A stretch of DNA of 64,000 nucleotides, taken from positions 4,898,001 to 4,962,000 of the forward strand of contig JAWMAR010000070.1 of NCBI GenBank assembly GCA_036785375.1. The letters are read 5' to 3'. Under the pieces are notes generated by a model. It did not search any database and was not told the DNA's origin. It saw nothing but the letters and a program-made list of their open reading frames with translations. The stretch comes from Leucoraja ocellata. Taxonomy: Eukaryota. The stretch's first letter is position 1. Each line of letters opens with the position of its first letter. The position numbers and the translations under genes were made by a program. Shown in pieces: positions 48,801 through 64,000 of the stretch.

Positions 48801-51479
48801 AGCCAACAATGGAACATTGTGGGCTCCACGTTTCCTTGATCATCAATGCTGGTTTTGATATTTCTTTTCATTTCGTACATTTCATTGATTTGTTCTATGT
48901 ATCATTTCATATCGCTCATTTTTCCCTCCCTGACTCTCAGTCTGAAGAAGGGTCTCGACCCAAAACGTCACCTATTCCTTTTCTCCAGAGATGTCGCCTA
49001 ACCCGCTGAGTTACTTTGGCTTTTTGTGCCTACCTTCACTCCCACACAACATTTGTTTCCAACACTTGTAGGAATCAGTTTTTATACAGCAGTGATTTAA
49101 AACATTTTATAGACAATAGACAATAGGTGCAGGAGTAGGCCATTCGGCCCTTCTAGCCACCATAGCCATTTAATGTGATCATGGCTGATCATCCCCAATT
49201 AATATTCCGTTCCTGCCTTCTCCCCATATCCTCTGACTCTGCTATTTTTAAGAGCCCTATCTAGCTCTTTCTTGAAAGCTCTAGAAATAATCAAAACAAC
49301 AGGTAAGTTTAGTCATCGAGCTTCTTGATGGTCTCCCAATACTGCAACTAGGAAGCAGGGATCAATAGGCTAAAGTTATACAAAGAGCGTGCATGATAAA
49401 GGGATGGGATTCAGGAAGAGTGCAGGAAAGAACTGAAGATACTGGTTTAAATAAAAGTAGACACAAGATGCTGAAGTAATTCAGCGAGACAGGCAGCACC
49501 TCGGGAGAGAAGGAATGGGTGACATATTGAGGAAAAATGGTTATGTATAATTGTGAATGATTAAATGGAGGAAACATTTAAAGCACTAACAATTAAAATA
49601 ATGCACTCTTGAAAGTTATTTCCAGCAGCAATGCTGCTCATATTCTGAATCGATAGCTTCCGATATCGATAGAGTGGTGAATCTCTGGAACTCTCTGCCA
49701 CAGAGGGTAGTTGAGGCCAGTTAATTGGCTATATTTAAGAGGGAGTTAGATGTGGCCCTTGTGGCTAAGGGGATCAGGGGGTATGGAGAGAAGGCAGGTA
49801 CGGGATACTGAGTTGGATGATCAGCCATGATCATATTGAATGGCGGTGCAGGCTCGAAGGGCCGAATGGCCTACTCCTGCACCTAATTTCTATGTTTCTA
49901 TGTTTCCAACCCAATAGTATGAACATTGAATTCTCCAATTTTACGTAAACTCTAACACCCCTCCCCTGTTCCTCAGCTGGACTCGCACCGATTTCTCCCC
50001 TCAGTCCTCAGCAGAGGCCTTACCTTTGTACCCGTGCCCACACCACGATGTTCCAAGTCCCCAGAAGGGTCCCGACCCAAATTGTCGCCTATCCACGTTC
50101 CGCAGAGATGCTGCTGACCCACTCCAGCACTTTTCTTCCTTACCAAGGTCAAGTGATTCACTGATCGAAGAAAGTGAGACACAAGGAACTGCAATGCTGG
50201 AATTTTGAGTAAAACCACAAATGCTGGAGGAATTCAGCGGTCCAGGCAGCATCTGTGGAGGGTGTGGACAGGCACCGTTCTGGACCCTTCTTCAGATGGA
50301 AGCAAGCCTGGGCTTTCAGAACACCTCCATTCAGTGTTCCCCAACTTCCAGACACCATCACTTTATTTTTTGTTCCAGTCGTACAATACATTGGCGAGGC
50401 CCCATTTGGAATAGTGTCTTCAGCTTTGGTCAACCTTGCTACAGGATGTCACTTAGCTGGAAGGAGCGCAGAGAAGATTTACGAGAATGTTGCCAGGACT
50501 TGAGGGCCTGGGTTGTAGGGAGAGGTTCCTTTGACTGCAGGAGGCTGAGGGGTGAGAAATCATGAAGGGAATAGATAGGGTGAATGTACAGAGTCGTTCA
50601 CCCAGAGGAGGGGAAATCAAGAGCCAAAGGAAACGAGTTAAAAAAGGTTTAAAAAGTTAGCAATGGATGACTTGGGCCGAAAGGCCTTTATCTGTACTAT
50701 ATGTCTCTCTCTCTCTCCATTGCCTCCTGCGCTGTTCTGCGTAGCTAACTCGCCCTGCAGCAGGGCACACTGTGATTAACACTGGATTCAACAATTTCAT
50801 TTAATCAATTCTGCTGATTTCACATCTCATTTGCAACAGATTTTTTTTTTAATCTGTCAATCCTACTTATAATTCCTAACCACCTTTCCCTAACAAGGTT
50901 TAGAGGGATATGCGTCAAATGCAGGCAGGTGGGACTAGTAAATATACAGCACCTGAACAGAAAGTGACAGAAATGAAGGTTTCTTGCTTATGTAGCCATA
51001 TGTTGATAGTTCATTTCAAGACACAGAGTGCTGAAGTTACTCAGCGGGTCAGGCAGCATCTCTGGAGAACTTGGATCGGTGACGTTTTGGGTCAGGGACC
51101 CTTCTTCAGACTGATTGCGGGAAGGGCAAGCCAGAAAGCTGGGAAAGAGGGGTAGGACAGAGCAGGGCCGGTAACAGGTGATCACAGGTGAGGGGGTTAT
51201 TTAATAGATTGTTGGAAAAAGGCCAATTGGGTTGGTTACTAAACCCTTAATAACCAACCCAATAATTTAACCAATGTAGTCTGAAGACGAGTCCTGACCC
51301 AAAACGTCACCTGTCCATGTTATCCACAGACCTTGCATGAACCCGCTGAGTTACTCCAGCACTCTGCATTTTTTTTGGTAAACCAGTACCTGCAGTTCCT
51401 GTTCCTACAAAGTTCGTCTCATCTCAGTCACGTCACATAAAACAGAAGAGGCATTTTTGAGTAAAAACAATTTGTGTTT

Positions 51480-52666
51480 ATATAATGATTTTAAAATTCT
51501 TTATTATTTTTTTTAAAATATATATTTTCATGTAACTGGAGTGAAAGTACTTTCTGGTCCCACGATTGGGTATCCAACCTCAAAGACATAAAACGCACAG
51601 CATTGAGAGGTCACCATCTAGTGCTCGTATAAGGTTCTGAAAATGCTCTGAAGATTTTGCTGGTGGTTTTTTGTTAACAAAAAGCTCCATCACAAACGGT
51701 ACATAATCTCGGAAATGTTTTGTGTGCGTGTTGTATGCAACAAGTGTCTGTGGAATAAGAAGCCAAGAGGATTCAGAGACCACGGACTCCATATGGCACG
51801 AACTTGTCCCAGTTTGATTTTGTCAAAATACAAATGACCAGAATTCGAAGACTGACCTGTCGAACTTATTTTTCCCCACTGAATTAACAGATGCAAGCTT
51901 TAGTTTTCTTTGCCTGATTGATAACGATTCACGATCGGAAATGTAGTATTTTATGGTGCCGATATATTAAGGCGTACAAGGGTAGCACTGGAGGGAGAGG
52001 GAAACGCAAAACTGAAATTCTCAAACAAAACCATTTCACATCTTGTTTTTGGTAACACAGTGATATTTACAGCTGCTTCTGTACTGACTGGTTAGTTTAA
52101 ATCTTGATACTCGTCATTAAATACGGTCAGCGCTGATTCAGGGAAAGACAGAAGTATCAGACGACAAAAGTGGCAACTGCCAAATAGGATCCAATGACCA
52201 CCAGGTACAGGTTCTTTTTGGGGGTTTAAAAAAAAAAAAAATCATGGTTAAAATCAAGAGCGTCTTTTGGAACCGAGGCCAAACTGAGCTTTAAACTCAG
52301 GCTGTGGACTAAAACTAACAGGGAAAAAAAACAAAGCAAACAAAGATAATTATTTTAAATTACAGAACAATCATATCATACAGGTTCAAGTGATTTCACT
52401 AAGACAGCACTGTCACAATGCAGTGAGACAGTTATATCTCTCGGCAGTAAATTATAAATCAAAACACTCATTTGTAATTAGAATAGAAAAGAAAATACAA
52501 GCAAAAGACAGGCTGTTAAAGAAATAAGGTGCCTAGCTGCGCAGAAATGCTCTTCAATTACATTTAGCGAGCATTTAAACAGCTAGGCTTGCTCCTACTA
52601 TACATTCTTCTATTGAGGCTTTGGACAACTTGGTCCTGGTTTTCAACCATTTGGATTCTGGTCCCG
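51480..52666 (-). other. AHCYL1: AHCYL1-like 3'UTR with candidate AATAAA at 51500-51505 (minus strand)
   Basis: About 1.2 kb, repeat-free and AT-rich, directly after the stop; tttatt on + equals AATAAA on -. Confidence 0.6.
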
Positions 52667-52673
52667 CTAATAC
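52667..52673 (-). CDS. AHCYL1: AHCYL1-like last coding exon (R-Y-stop)
   Basis: tctctccag|G TAT TAG on the minus strand completes the conserved C-terminus NYYRY*. Confidence 0.8.
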
Positions 52674-55383
52674 CTGGAGAGAAACAAATTGTTTTGGATT
52701 AAAGAGGGTTCGCTTGTGCTCGAATGTTTGGCATTGTTTGAATCCAAGACAATTAAACACTACCCCATCCTTCCAGAAGCAGAATCAAGGGCCAGTCTCA
52801 CCACGGTCACTCCCTCTTCTCCCCTCTCCCACCAGGCAAGAGGTACGTACACAAGTTTGAAAATGTCTACCTCCAGATTCAGTTTCTTCCTCGCTGTTAT
52901 CAGGCAACTGAACCGTCCGATCACCAAAACTAGAGAACGGCCCTGACCCACCATCCACCTCATTGGAGATCATCGGACTATCATTAATTGGACTTTATCT
53001 TGCACTAAATGTTATTCCTTGTATCCTGTATCTGTACACTGTGGACAGTTTGATTTTAATCCTGTAATCTCTTCGCTGACTGGATAACCGCAGTCCTCGT
53101 GACAATAAACTAAATTAATTTCTTCAAACCCTCTTTCAGCTTTTTTTCTCTCCCCCCCCCCCCACCCTGCCTACAATCAATCTGAAGAAGGGTCTCAACC
53201 CGAAACGTCACCTATCTACATTCTCCACAGATGCTGCCTGACACGCTGAGTTACTCCAGCACTGTGTGCCTTTTTGTGTATTAATCAGCACCTGCAGTTC
53301 CTTGTTGCAACACTCATTAAGAGAGTTAGATAGAGCTCAAGGGGCTAGTGGAATCAAGGGATATGGAGAGCAGGCAGGCACAGGTTATTGATAGGGGACG
53401 ATCAGCCATGATCACAATGAATGGCGTTGCTGGCTCAAAGGGCCGAATGGCCTTCTCCTGCACCTATTTTCTATGTTTCATTATGCCAGCCGTGTGTGAT
53501 AAGAGGCATATGGGCCAAATGCAGGCAGATGGGGCTGGTTGAGATGGGGCATCTTGATCGACATGTACGAGTTGGGCCGAAGGGCCTGTTTCCGTGCTGT
53601 ACAACTCTGTACCACAAGGAAACATTAAACAGCAGACTATTAGTGGATTTGTGCCATGCAATGCAAGTAAAGGCAGGATGTAGTGCCCGGTGGGCAATGA
53701 TCTTATTTTGAATGTTCATCGTCAACACCTTGAAGCTTTCCTGAACTGATTTAATGAATAGAGACACAAGGACCTACAGAAGGTGGTTCACAAAAGGAAT
53801 GCATTGAATGACAACCTGTTCACCTTCATGACAGAATTAATGTCAGATGATAACTTTGATGAGAACCCAAGGAACAAGTCACTCCCGTAGCGCTGCAAAT
53901 TACTGGATTATTAAATCATTAACATTTTTTCCTACAGAGATTTCAGGATTATTATAACGGCTACACATGGTGGCAAGCTAAACAGTGTACAAGCAGGTGG
54001 AGCATGTTAAATATGTGCAAACAGCTCCCCCTGATGGCTTAGTCAGTAATGACAGTCTGCATCCTAACCACAAGAATCAGATTCATTTCCTGCCGTCTGC
54101 GGTGAATGTGTTTCATGCAGAATAACCGCTGAGACGATAACATCCGAGCTGAAGGTTAAATAGGCGTCATTGACATTCTGTAAACTCAGCCATTTGGTGT
54201 GACGAAGGCTGGAACAATGACGTTAAACCAGGGCTAAGAACCAACCTATATTGTAATTCATAAAACACCAGAAAAGCAAGATTCTTCCAGAGGTTGAACA
54301 AGGAGACACTGATACAAATGTAAGTGTGTGATCAGAATCATCAGTGTGAACATAGTCATACAACACAGAAACAGGCCCTTCAGCCCAACTGGCCCATGCC
54401 AACCAAGATGCCCTATCTACACTAGTCCCACCTGCCCATGTTTGGGCCATATTCCTCTGAACCTTTCCTATCCATAATGATCTAGCACCAAGTTGTCTAT
54501 GTTGTAGAATTCCTTTCCAGTGTGGGATGAGGCAGGAACTATGGCACCCGTTAGCCTGGGTGGATGAAGAAAATGGGATGGAGGAGACGAGGAAGAATGC
54601 AAAGGGAAAAGCAATTTAGGGAAAGCTCAGTGGCACAGCGGTAGAGTTGCTGCCTTACAGCATGTTACATATGTGCAAACAGCTCCCCCTGATGGCTTAG
54701 CCAGTAACGACAGTATGCATTAGTCAGTAATGACAGTATCCAGAGACCCGGGTTCAATCCTGACCACGGGTAACGTTTGTATGGAGTTTATACGTTCTCC
54801 CTGTGACCTATGTAGGTTTTCTCCGGGTGCTCCGGTTTCCTCCCACACTCCAAAGACGTACAGGTTTGTAGGTTAATTGGCTTTGTTAAAATTGTAAATC
54901 GTCCCTAGTGTGTGTAGGATAGCGCTGGTCGGTGGGCCGAAGGGCCTGTTCCCACGCTGTATCTCTTAAACTCTAAACAAATAGCCATTTGTGAAACGTA
55001 CATATTACCTGATACCAATCAACCAGCTGGGGAGATTGGACCACAACTATGTAAGAATGTGCAAACTCTGATTAGGGAAGGGTAGGAGACGCACACAATG
55101 ATACTCTCCAGCTGTGGGGGGGGGGGGGGGGGGGCTGCTAATAATCCGGCTACATTTTCAGAACAAATATCCGTGAGATGTTTTGACTCGTTACTGGTCG
55201 ACTTACAAGAATAGAAACATTCCTCCATAGACAATGCAAATTGTTAGGGAACTGTATAATTTTCTCCAGAATGCCGTGATTAAACTGTCATGACTAAAAA
55301 GCATAAAAATTGATTTATTTTAAGGAAGAAACAAAGAACTGCTGATGTTGGTTTATAATGAAAGACACAAAGTGCTGGAGTAA

Positions 55384-55592
55384 AGGGCCTGTCCCACTTT
55401 CACGACGTCTGCCGAGTTTACCCTTGACTTATACACACAGCATGGTCGTCACTAGGTAGGTCGTAGGTAAGGCGTGATGCTAGTCGTAGGTACTTGTGGC
55501 ATCAAGTAGTTCGGGGCGTTTTTCTAGCCTGATGAAAAATGTCCACGGGTAAAAAAGGTCGTGAATTAGGTCGTGAAAGTGGGACAAGCCCT
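55384..55592. mobile_element. PIF/Harbinger MITE
   Basis: 23-bp TIRs (22/23 match) AGGGCCTGTCCCACTTTCACGAC with a TAA TSD; inserted into gctggagTAActcagc. Confidence 0.85.
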
Positions 55593-56165
55593 TAACTCAG
55601 CGAGTCAGGTAGCAGTAACAGATACATAGAAACATAGAAAATAGGTGCAGGAGTAGGCTATTCGGCCCTTCGAGCCTGCACCGCCATTCAATATGATCAT
55701 GGCTAATCATCCAACTCAGTATCCTGTACCTGCCTTCTCTCCATACCCCCTGATCCCTTTAGCCACAAGGGCCACGTCTAACTCCCTCTTAAATATAGCC
55801 AATGAACTGTGGCCTCAACTATCTTCTGTGGCAGAGAATTCCAGAGATTCACCACTGAAATGTTTTCCTCATCTCGGTCCGAAAAGATTTCCCCCTTATC
55901 CTTAAACCTAAAAGATTTCCCCCTTATCCTTAAAGGGGATAAACATGGGTAGATGAGGTTGTGTCTGAAGAAGGGCCCTGACCTGAAATGTCACCTATCT
56001 CCAGAGATGCTGCCTGACCCGTTGAGTTAGTCCAGCACTGGGCATACATTTTAATTATATAGTTTTTAATAACTATAATGGCCATAATTGAAGACTAATG
56101 GCCTCAAGGATATTCAACGGGTTCCTGCTCCGTCAACTTAGGTCAATGCCACTGTGGAAACATTA

Positions 56166-56420
<255 letters not shown>

Positions 56421-56882
56421 TCATGGCCATCAACTGAATTATTTACCAAACGAAAAACCAACGGCAAACTGACAACCAACGCCAGAGATCCAGGTTCGAT
56501 CCCGACTACGGGTACGTTCTCCCCGTGACCTGCGTGTGTTTTCTCTGGTTTCCCCCACACTCCAAAGACCATACGGGTTTGTAGGTTAATTGGCTTGGTA
56601 TAATTGTAAATTGTGCCTGGTGCGTGTAGGATAGTGTTGGTGTGCAGGGATTGCAGGTCGATGCGGACTCAATGGGCTGAAGGGCGTGTTTCCGCGCTGT
56701 ATCGCTAAACTAGACTAAGCTAGGGTATGGGCGATCGCTGGCCGGTACTGGCTCGACGGGTCCCGTTTCCATGCTGTATCTCTAGACTAAACAACCTTTG
56801 AAAGATCAGAATGTTATGTCCCACCACTGCACTACACCATGCCACACTTCCCATTTCTCCTTATTCAATAACAAGGACATTA

Positions 56883-56990
<108 letters not shown>

Positions 56991-58045
56991 TCACTAACGT
57001 ATGCAATAAGCTGGACTGACATAAAGCCATTTACTTTTCTGGGAATTTGACCTTTTATTAAGTGGGGATTAAATGTTGTTTTTCCTATTTCAGCATTATC
57101 GTTTGAAGAAGTTTACTGGCTTGGCAGCTGCCACAGTGGGGCACTGGGACTGGTGACAAGGTAACAGAGACCTGCCTGTTTTAACCAACACTCCCTTCAG
57201 GCAGATTTGGCCCCATCATGGAGTTGATTAATGGGTTTCTGTGTGCGTCTATTTCCACACGTAACGCTTCGGGGATGTTTATCTTCGTCGCGAACCAGAT
57301 GCAGTCCATGAGATGACTGAAACTGGCTGCTCTTAAAGCACACGACAACAACATAAGAATCAAAACGTATGAAAACAAGGTTAGTCAAGGTTACAGCTGG
57401 CAGAGCCTCTCACGCAGCGTCAGCGACCCAGGCTCGATCCTGACCCCAGGTGCTATCTAAAAGGAGTTTGCACATTCTCCCTGTGACCACGTGGTTTTTC
57501 TCAGGGTGCTCCAGTCCCCCCCCCCCATCCCCCCCATATCCCAAAGACATCAGGTGGTGAATGCACTGCCACAGACGCCAGCGGAGACCAGGTCGATGGA
57601 TATTTTTAAAGTGGAGATTGACAGATCCTTGATTAGTAACTGCGTTAGGAGGGAAGGCAGGAGAATGGGGTTGACAGGGAAAGATAGATCAGTCATGATT
57701 TTATAGTGGAGAAGATTTGATGGGCTGAATGGCCTAATTCCGCTCCTGAAAATTATGACGTGTGGGTTTGTAGGTTAATCGGCCTCAGTAAATTGCTCCT
57801 AGTATCGGTTGTGGATGAGACAGTGGGATGACAAAGATCTAGTGGCAAGAGTCAAATCAAGAGTGCTTTATTGTCATACGTCCCAGATAGGACAATGACA
57901 TTCTTACTTGCTGCAGCACAACACAATATGTAATAGTACATAATAGGAGAGAAAAAGAAAAAATAAGTTCAGTGTATATTTATATACATACACACACACA
58001 CATACTCAATAAATAAACAAATATAGTGCAATAATAGTAATAGTC

Positions 58046-58295
58046 TGTTGCAGTTCAGAGCTTATTTGTCGTTGTGTTTAATAGCCTGATGGCTGTAGGG
58101 AAGAAGCTGTTCCTGAACCTGGACGTTACAGTTTTCTGGCTCCTGTACCTTCTTCCCGATGGTAGTGGTGAAATGAGTGTGTGGCCAGGATGGTGTGGGT
58201 CTTTGAAGACGTTGGCTGCCTTTTTGAGGCAGCCACTTCGATAGATCCCTTCGACAGTGGGGAGGTCAAAGCCGGTGATGGACTGGGCAGTGGTC
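58046..58295 (-). mobile_element. Non-LTR retrotransposon 3' fragment (Rex1/L2-like)
   Basis: KDPHHPGH...LPSGRRYRS...RFRNSFFPTAIRLLN; related fragments at 15670-15945 and 59060-59400. Confidence 0.7.
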
Positions 58296-58582
58296 CAGCG
58301 AATGGATGATTGATGGTTGGCATGGACTTGGTGGGCAGAAGGACCTGTTACCAAGTTGTAACTGTCAATCAATCAAAGTCCTTTTCACCGGTTGCAAAGA
58401 TCAAATAGGAGAGGGCATAGGTTTAGGGTGAGTGGGGGTTTAAAGAATGTAGATAGGAGATGTACGAGGCAAGTTTTTCTCTACATAAAGAGCGCCTGGT
58501 GTCTGGAGCGCACTGCAAGAGTTGGTGGAAACAGATACAATGGCAATGTTTAAGAGGCATTTAAACAGACACATGGAGGTTA

Positions 58583-58771
<189 letters not shown>

Positions 58772-61700
58772 TCAATTGCTTTTCAGTGTTTACATGGTGA
58801 TACAGAAACCCAGTTCAAACATCCACAGGTCAGTGATATCCATGCATAGCCTCTTTCATAGCGTGTGGCGTGCACAGCCTAAAGTTCTAGGACAACTTGT
58901 TCTATTTGATCTTATTTGATTGTGCACACCGGGTTGATTGCATTCGTCGAATCAGGGTGGACCAAGTGAAGGTTGCAATCTCCCACCCCCATGCATAGCC
59001 AGCGTACAAGTCAAAAGTGTTTTATTGCCATATGTACCGAAACGGAATAATGAGATTCTTACTGCATCTCCATCCAAGACAGCAGGAAATTGCAGAGAAT
59101 TGTGGCCCAGACCATCACACAAATCAGCCTCCTGTCCATTGACTCCATCTACACCTCACGCTGACTCGGCAAGGCCGCCAGCATAATTGAGGATGAGTCT
59201 CACACCGGTCACTCCCACATCTCCCCTCTCCCATCAGGCAAGGGGTACACAAGTGTGTAAACGCACACCTCCAGATTCAGGTACAGTTTCTTTCCAGCTG
59301 TTATCAGGCAACTGAACCATCCTATCACCAACTGGAGAGCGGTCCTGACCTCCCACCTACCTCATTGGAGACCCTCGGACTATTTTTAAATGGACTTTAT
59401 CTTGCAGTGAATATTATGCCCTTTATGGTCCCATCCACCGGGAGGCGCTATCAGCAATGGCAGCCTCGCCAACAGTCTGTCTGTCTGTCTTTTCGTCTTT
59501 TTTTGTTATTTTTTAGTGCATTTTAAAAATATGCGTTAATGTTCTCTGTTTTGTTTTATGTGGGGGGTGGGGATGGGGGTCGGGGGTCGGGGGAAACCTT
59601 TTTCAATCTCTTACCTTGCCGGAGATGCGATTGTTTTCCATGTCGTATCTCCGGTCGCTCTGCGGCCTAACATCATGGAGCTGGCGGCCTTGCTCGAGAC
59701 TGACTTTGAGCCCCACCGCGGGGCCGTGAACTTACCATCGGAGCCTGTGATCCCTTGCCTGGGATCGATGCTCCAACCGCGGCCTGCTGATTTCAACATC
59801 GAGGAGCTCGCAGTCTCGGGTAGAGGCTGATGTCGGGAAGCTCCAAGTTGCAGTTTTGACCAGCCCCGACCCAATCTCTTGGAATCAAGGGTCACCACAG
59901 AATTGCCGGGGCAATCCAAAACTAACCCCACCACTCCATCAACTGTCCGAATATCTTCTGTTGCACAAACACATTATTTCTCCACACAGGTTGTAGGAGA
60001 GGCTCTCTTGTCTAGTTAGATTTATTTCACGCCAGTCTGATGCCAAGAAGCTGCCATGTGAAACACCACTCTACACCAGATAACTGCACTTGCAGCATCA
60101 TTTATTTGGGCCCCATATCTGAGGAAGGATGTGCTGGCTCTGGAGAGGGACCAGAGGTGGTTTACAATAATAATTCCAGGAATGAGTGGGTTAGCAATAC
60201 GATAAACGTTTGAGGCCTCTACTCGCTGGAGTTTAGAAGGTTGAGGGGGGACCTCATTGAAACTTACAGAATAATGAAAGGCATAAATAGAGTGGATGTG
60301 GAATGGATGTTTCCACTGGTGGGAGAGTCTAGGACCAGAGGTCATAGCCTCAGAATTAAAGGGCGCTCTTTTAGAAAGGAGGCGAGGAGAGTCTGAGGGT
60401 AGTTAATCTGTGGAACTCATTGCCACAGAGGGCTGTGGAGGCCAAGTCAGTGGATATTTTTAAGGCAGAGATTGACAAATTCTTGATTAGAACGGGTGTC
60501 AAGGGTTATGGGGAGAAGGCAGGAAAATGGGATTAGGAGGCAGAGACCAGCCATGATTGGATGGCGGAGGTGATGGACCGAATGGCCTAATTCTACTCCT
60601 ATAACGTGAACTTGTAAACGCAGTCTCAATTTTATCTATAACTGTCATCATAAACCACCCAGGTTAACTTGTCCCTTCAGTTCTCAGTGTTCCCATTCTA
60701 CCCGTGGCCTTTTATCCTGTGGCAGGCAAACTCTTTCTCAAGAATACTCTGTAATGCTTTATTGAACTCTACAGAGGTAATCAATAGGACAACTGGGGCC
60801 AAAGTGAGTCTGCAAAATTCTCTGGCACCATTTGATACCTGCAGTATTTTCTGCTTATTCCCTTTCATTTTAGTAGGAAGCTAAAAGAAAGCTTGCATTT
60901 GTGTATGGTATTACCATCCATCAAAAATTTTAAAAAAACGGCTGAATCAAAGTTTCTTTTTTACACAGAGGGTGGTGGGTGGGTGAATCACGCTGCTTGG
61001 GATGATGGTGGAGGCAGATACGATAGTGGCGTTTAAGATGCTTTAAGATGGGCACATGGATATGCTGGTTCAGCATATTGTCATGTGTATCAAGGTACAA
61101 TGGAAACCTTTCTTTCGCAAGCTTTCTAACCAACTTCGATAACAGTAAACATAAATAAACTAAGCCATATTGAATTATAATTGGTAGGGTGAAGGGAAGT
61201 ATAGTGAAGAATATCGTCTCAGCATTGTAGTGTAACCAATGGCCCCACAGCAGATGTGTCCACGTCGCGGGGGGAGGGGGGGGCTGGAAACTGGAAGCAT
61301 CCCGACCTAATTCTGCCACCACCATCATCTATTGCGACAAGTGATGGCTCCCACTGATTGTCAGCGGAAGCTTGTGTCCCTTTCAGGACAGATGATGACA
61401 GCGAGGTCAACATTTGTAACACGATGGGCACGAAAAGAAGAAGTGCAACCAATGGAAGGATGTGGATCACGTGCAGGCAGACAAGTCAGTGTAACTTGGA
61501 ATAAGGAATAGGCTCATCAAGTCCACTCCGCCATTCAAACATGGCTGATCTATCTCTCGCTCCGAACCCCATTCCCCTGCCTTCTCCCCAGTTCCTCTGA
61601 CACCCGCACTAATCAAGAATCATGTCCGGCATAGACATTGTGGGCAGAAGGGCCTGTTCCTGGACTGCATTGTTCTATGCTCGAATTGAAATCAGATAAA

Positions 61701-61795
61701 CATTATAACCAAAGATTCATTCCCACTTGAGGAACAAGGTAAATAAGCGCATTGTGCCTTCCACAGATGTGCTCTTGTGAAGTGTCTTAGCCTTA

Positions 61796-61957
<162 letters not shown>

Positions 61958-62228
61958 TTAGAAACATTTGAAAATATAGATCACGAACACTAATCACTAC
62001 ACTGGGGGGGGGGGGGGGGGAGTGACGCAGCTGGTAGTGCTGCTGCCTCGCAGCGCCAGAGACCAGGGTTCAATCCTAACCTTGGGTGCTCTTAATGCAC
62101 AGTTTGCACGTTGGCCTTATGTAGGACCAGCTCTTATGTAAGAACGACCTACTTAAATCCCAGTTTGCTGCACTCTCTCAGAAACACAACATATTTCTTC
62201 CTCCCCCCCCACACCCCCCCACACTCTA

Positions 62229-62567
<339 letters not shown>

Positions 62568-64000
62568 CTAGAGTTGCTGCCTTACAGCGCGGGGATCCGG
62601 GTTTGATCCTGATCTCAGGTGCTGTCTGTGTGGTGTGTGCATGTTCTCCCCGTGACCGCGGGTGCCCCGGTTTCCTCCACACTCCAAAGATATTCAGGTT
62701 GTTAGGTTAATTGGCTTCTGTAAATTGCTCCCATTGTGTAGGATGTAAAACTGGGATGACATAGAACTAATGTACAGGGTGATCATTGGTCGGCAAGGAC
62801 TCGGTGGGCCAAAGGGCCTGTTTCCACACTTTATCTCTAAACTAAATTATAGAGTCATTTGTAACTGACAGGATTGTGGTGGAAATCATAGTAGTAAATC
62901 TGCCGTATACAGTGTGGATGGTAGGTCAGTGTGACCACGTGTCATTAAGTATCATAAATAAGGAGAATGTACACAGTCTTTATCCCAGGATTGAGAAATC
63001 TAGAACTTCAGAGAGCTGCTGCCTCACTGTGCCAGAGACCCGGGTTCGATCCTGAACTCGGGTGCTCACTGCGTGGAGTTTGGACATTTTCCCTTGCTCC
63101 GGTTTTCTCCCACATCCCAAAGACATGCAGGTGCATGGGTTAATAGGCTTCTGTAAATTGTCCCTAGCGTGTAGGGAGTGGAAGCGAAATTGAATTAATA
63201 TAGAACTAGTGTGAACAGATGATCGATAGTTGGCATGGACTTAGGGACCTGTTTCAATGCTGTCTTTCAATCAAGTGGGGTGGAAGATTGCAACCTTCAC
63301 CTGTTCCGACGAATGCCATGAACCTGGCGTGCACAATCAAACCAGATCAAATAGAACAAGTTGTCCTACAACTTTAGGCTGTGCACACCATACACAAGAA
63401 GAGGAAGTAAACTAGTGAGCATAGGTTTAGGGTGAGGGGAAGAGATTTATAGGCACCTGAGGGGCAACGTCTTCATAGAGATGGTGCTACATACATGGAA
63501 CACGCTGCCTGAGGAAGTGATTGAGGCAACACAACAACAACACCATTTAAAAGACATTTGAAAGGGATGTAGGTCTAATGCAGGCAATTTAGGACTAGCT
63601 TACATGGGACCTTGGCCAGCATGGATAAGTTGGGCCAAAGGGTCTGTTTCTATGCTGCGTAACTATGATATTTCTGAATGGTAAATGGATGAAATGTTTT
63701 GGTTCTCGAAGCACAACAGAACACTTCATAATAATGGGAAAAATCAAAATTATTCCGTGAATTTTTAAATTCTCATTTGACCTTTAAGGATTAAGAGATG
63801 TTTTTCGCTGGAAATGTTTCAACGGACTGCCACAAAAACAATTTTATTTTAACCATCAAATAAACGCCTGTAAACATGGTGTTTAGTTAAAAACAAAAGC
63901 TAATATCTGAAACACCAGATACTTCAAATCTTTCAATTATTCAGCATGCCTCATCCATCCCATAACTCATTCTGAATGCAGCAATGGCATGCATTGACCA

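Noticed and set aside
55005-55010. Alternative AHCYL1 last exon (ag|G TAA)
   Set aside because: Weak acceptor; the exon at 52667-52673 has a strong acceptor and gives the conserved RY* ending.

Overview
Eukaryotic, repeat-dense genomic DNA, most likely from a cartilaginous fish (skate/ray-like, inferred from HE1/V-SINE-type SINEs, CR1-type LINEs and Penelope fragments). Most listed ORFs are repeat-derived or spurious; the real genes are spliced. The + strand carries three CD300/pIgR/TREM-like (MDIR-type) IgV receptor genes, reconstructed exon by exon with consistent splice phases. Gene A (5' end outside the window; 363-3943) has IgV, a mucin stalk, an Arg-containing TM and almost no tail (activating type). 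Gene B (14145-25193) has a leader, three tandem IgV exons (the middle one frameshifted), stalk, neutral TM and an ITIM tail (inhibitory type). Gene C (33446-44501) has a leader, two divergent IgV exons, short stalk, TM and an ITIM tail. A and B look like a paired-receptor system: their Ig exons are closely related, more divergent than the flanking intron, and almost all codon differences are amino-acid changing. Both cysteines of the family's hallmark C-C' disulfide are serine in all four A/B domains. The - strand carries the last six coding exons and 3'UTR of an AHCYL1-like gene (about 51480-62359), convergent with the cluster.
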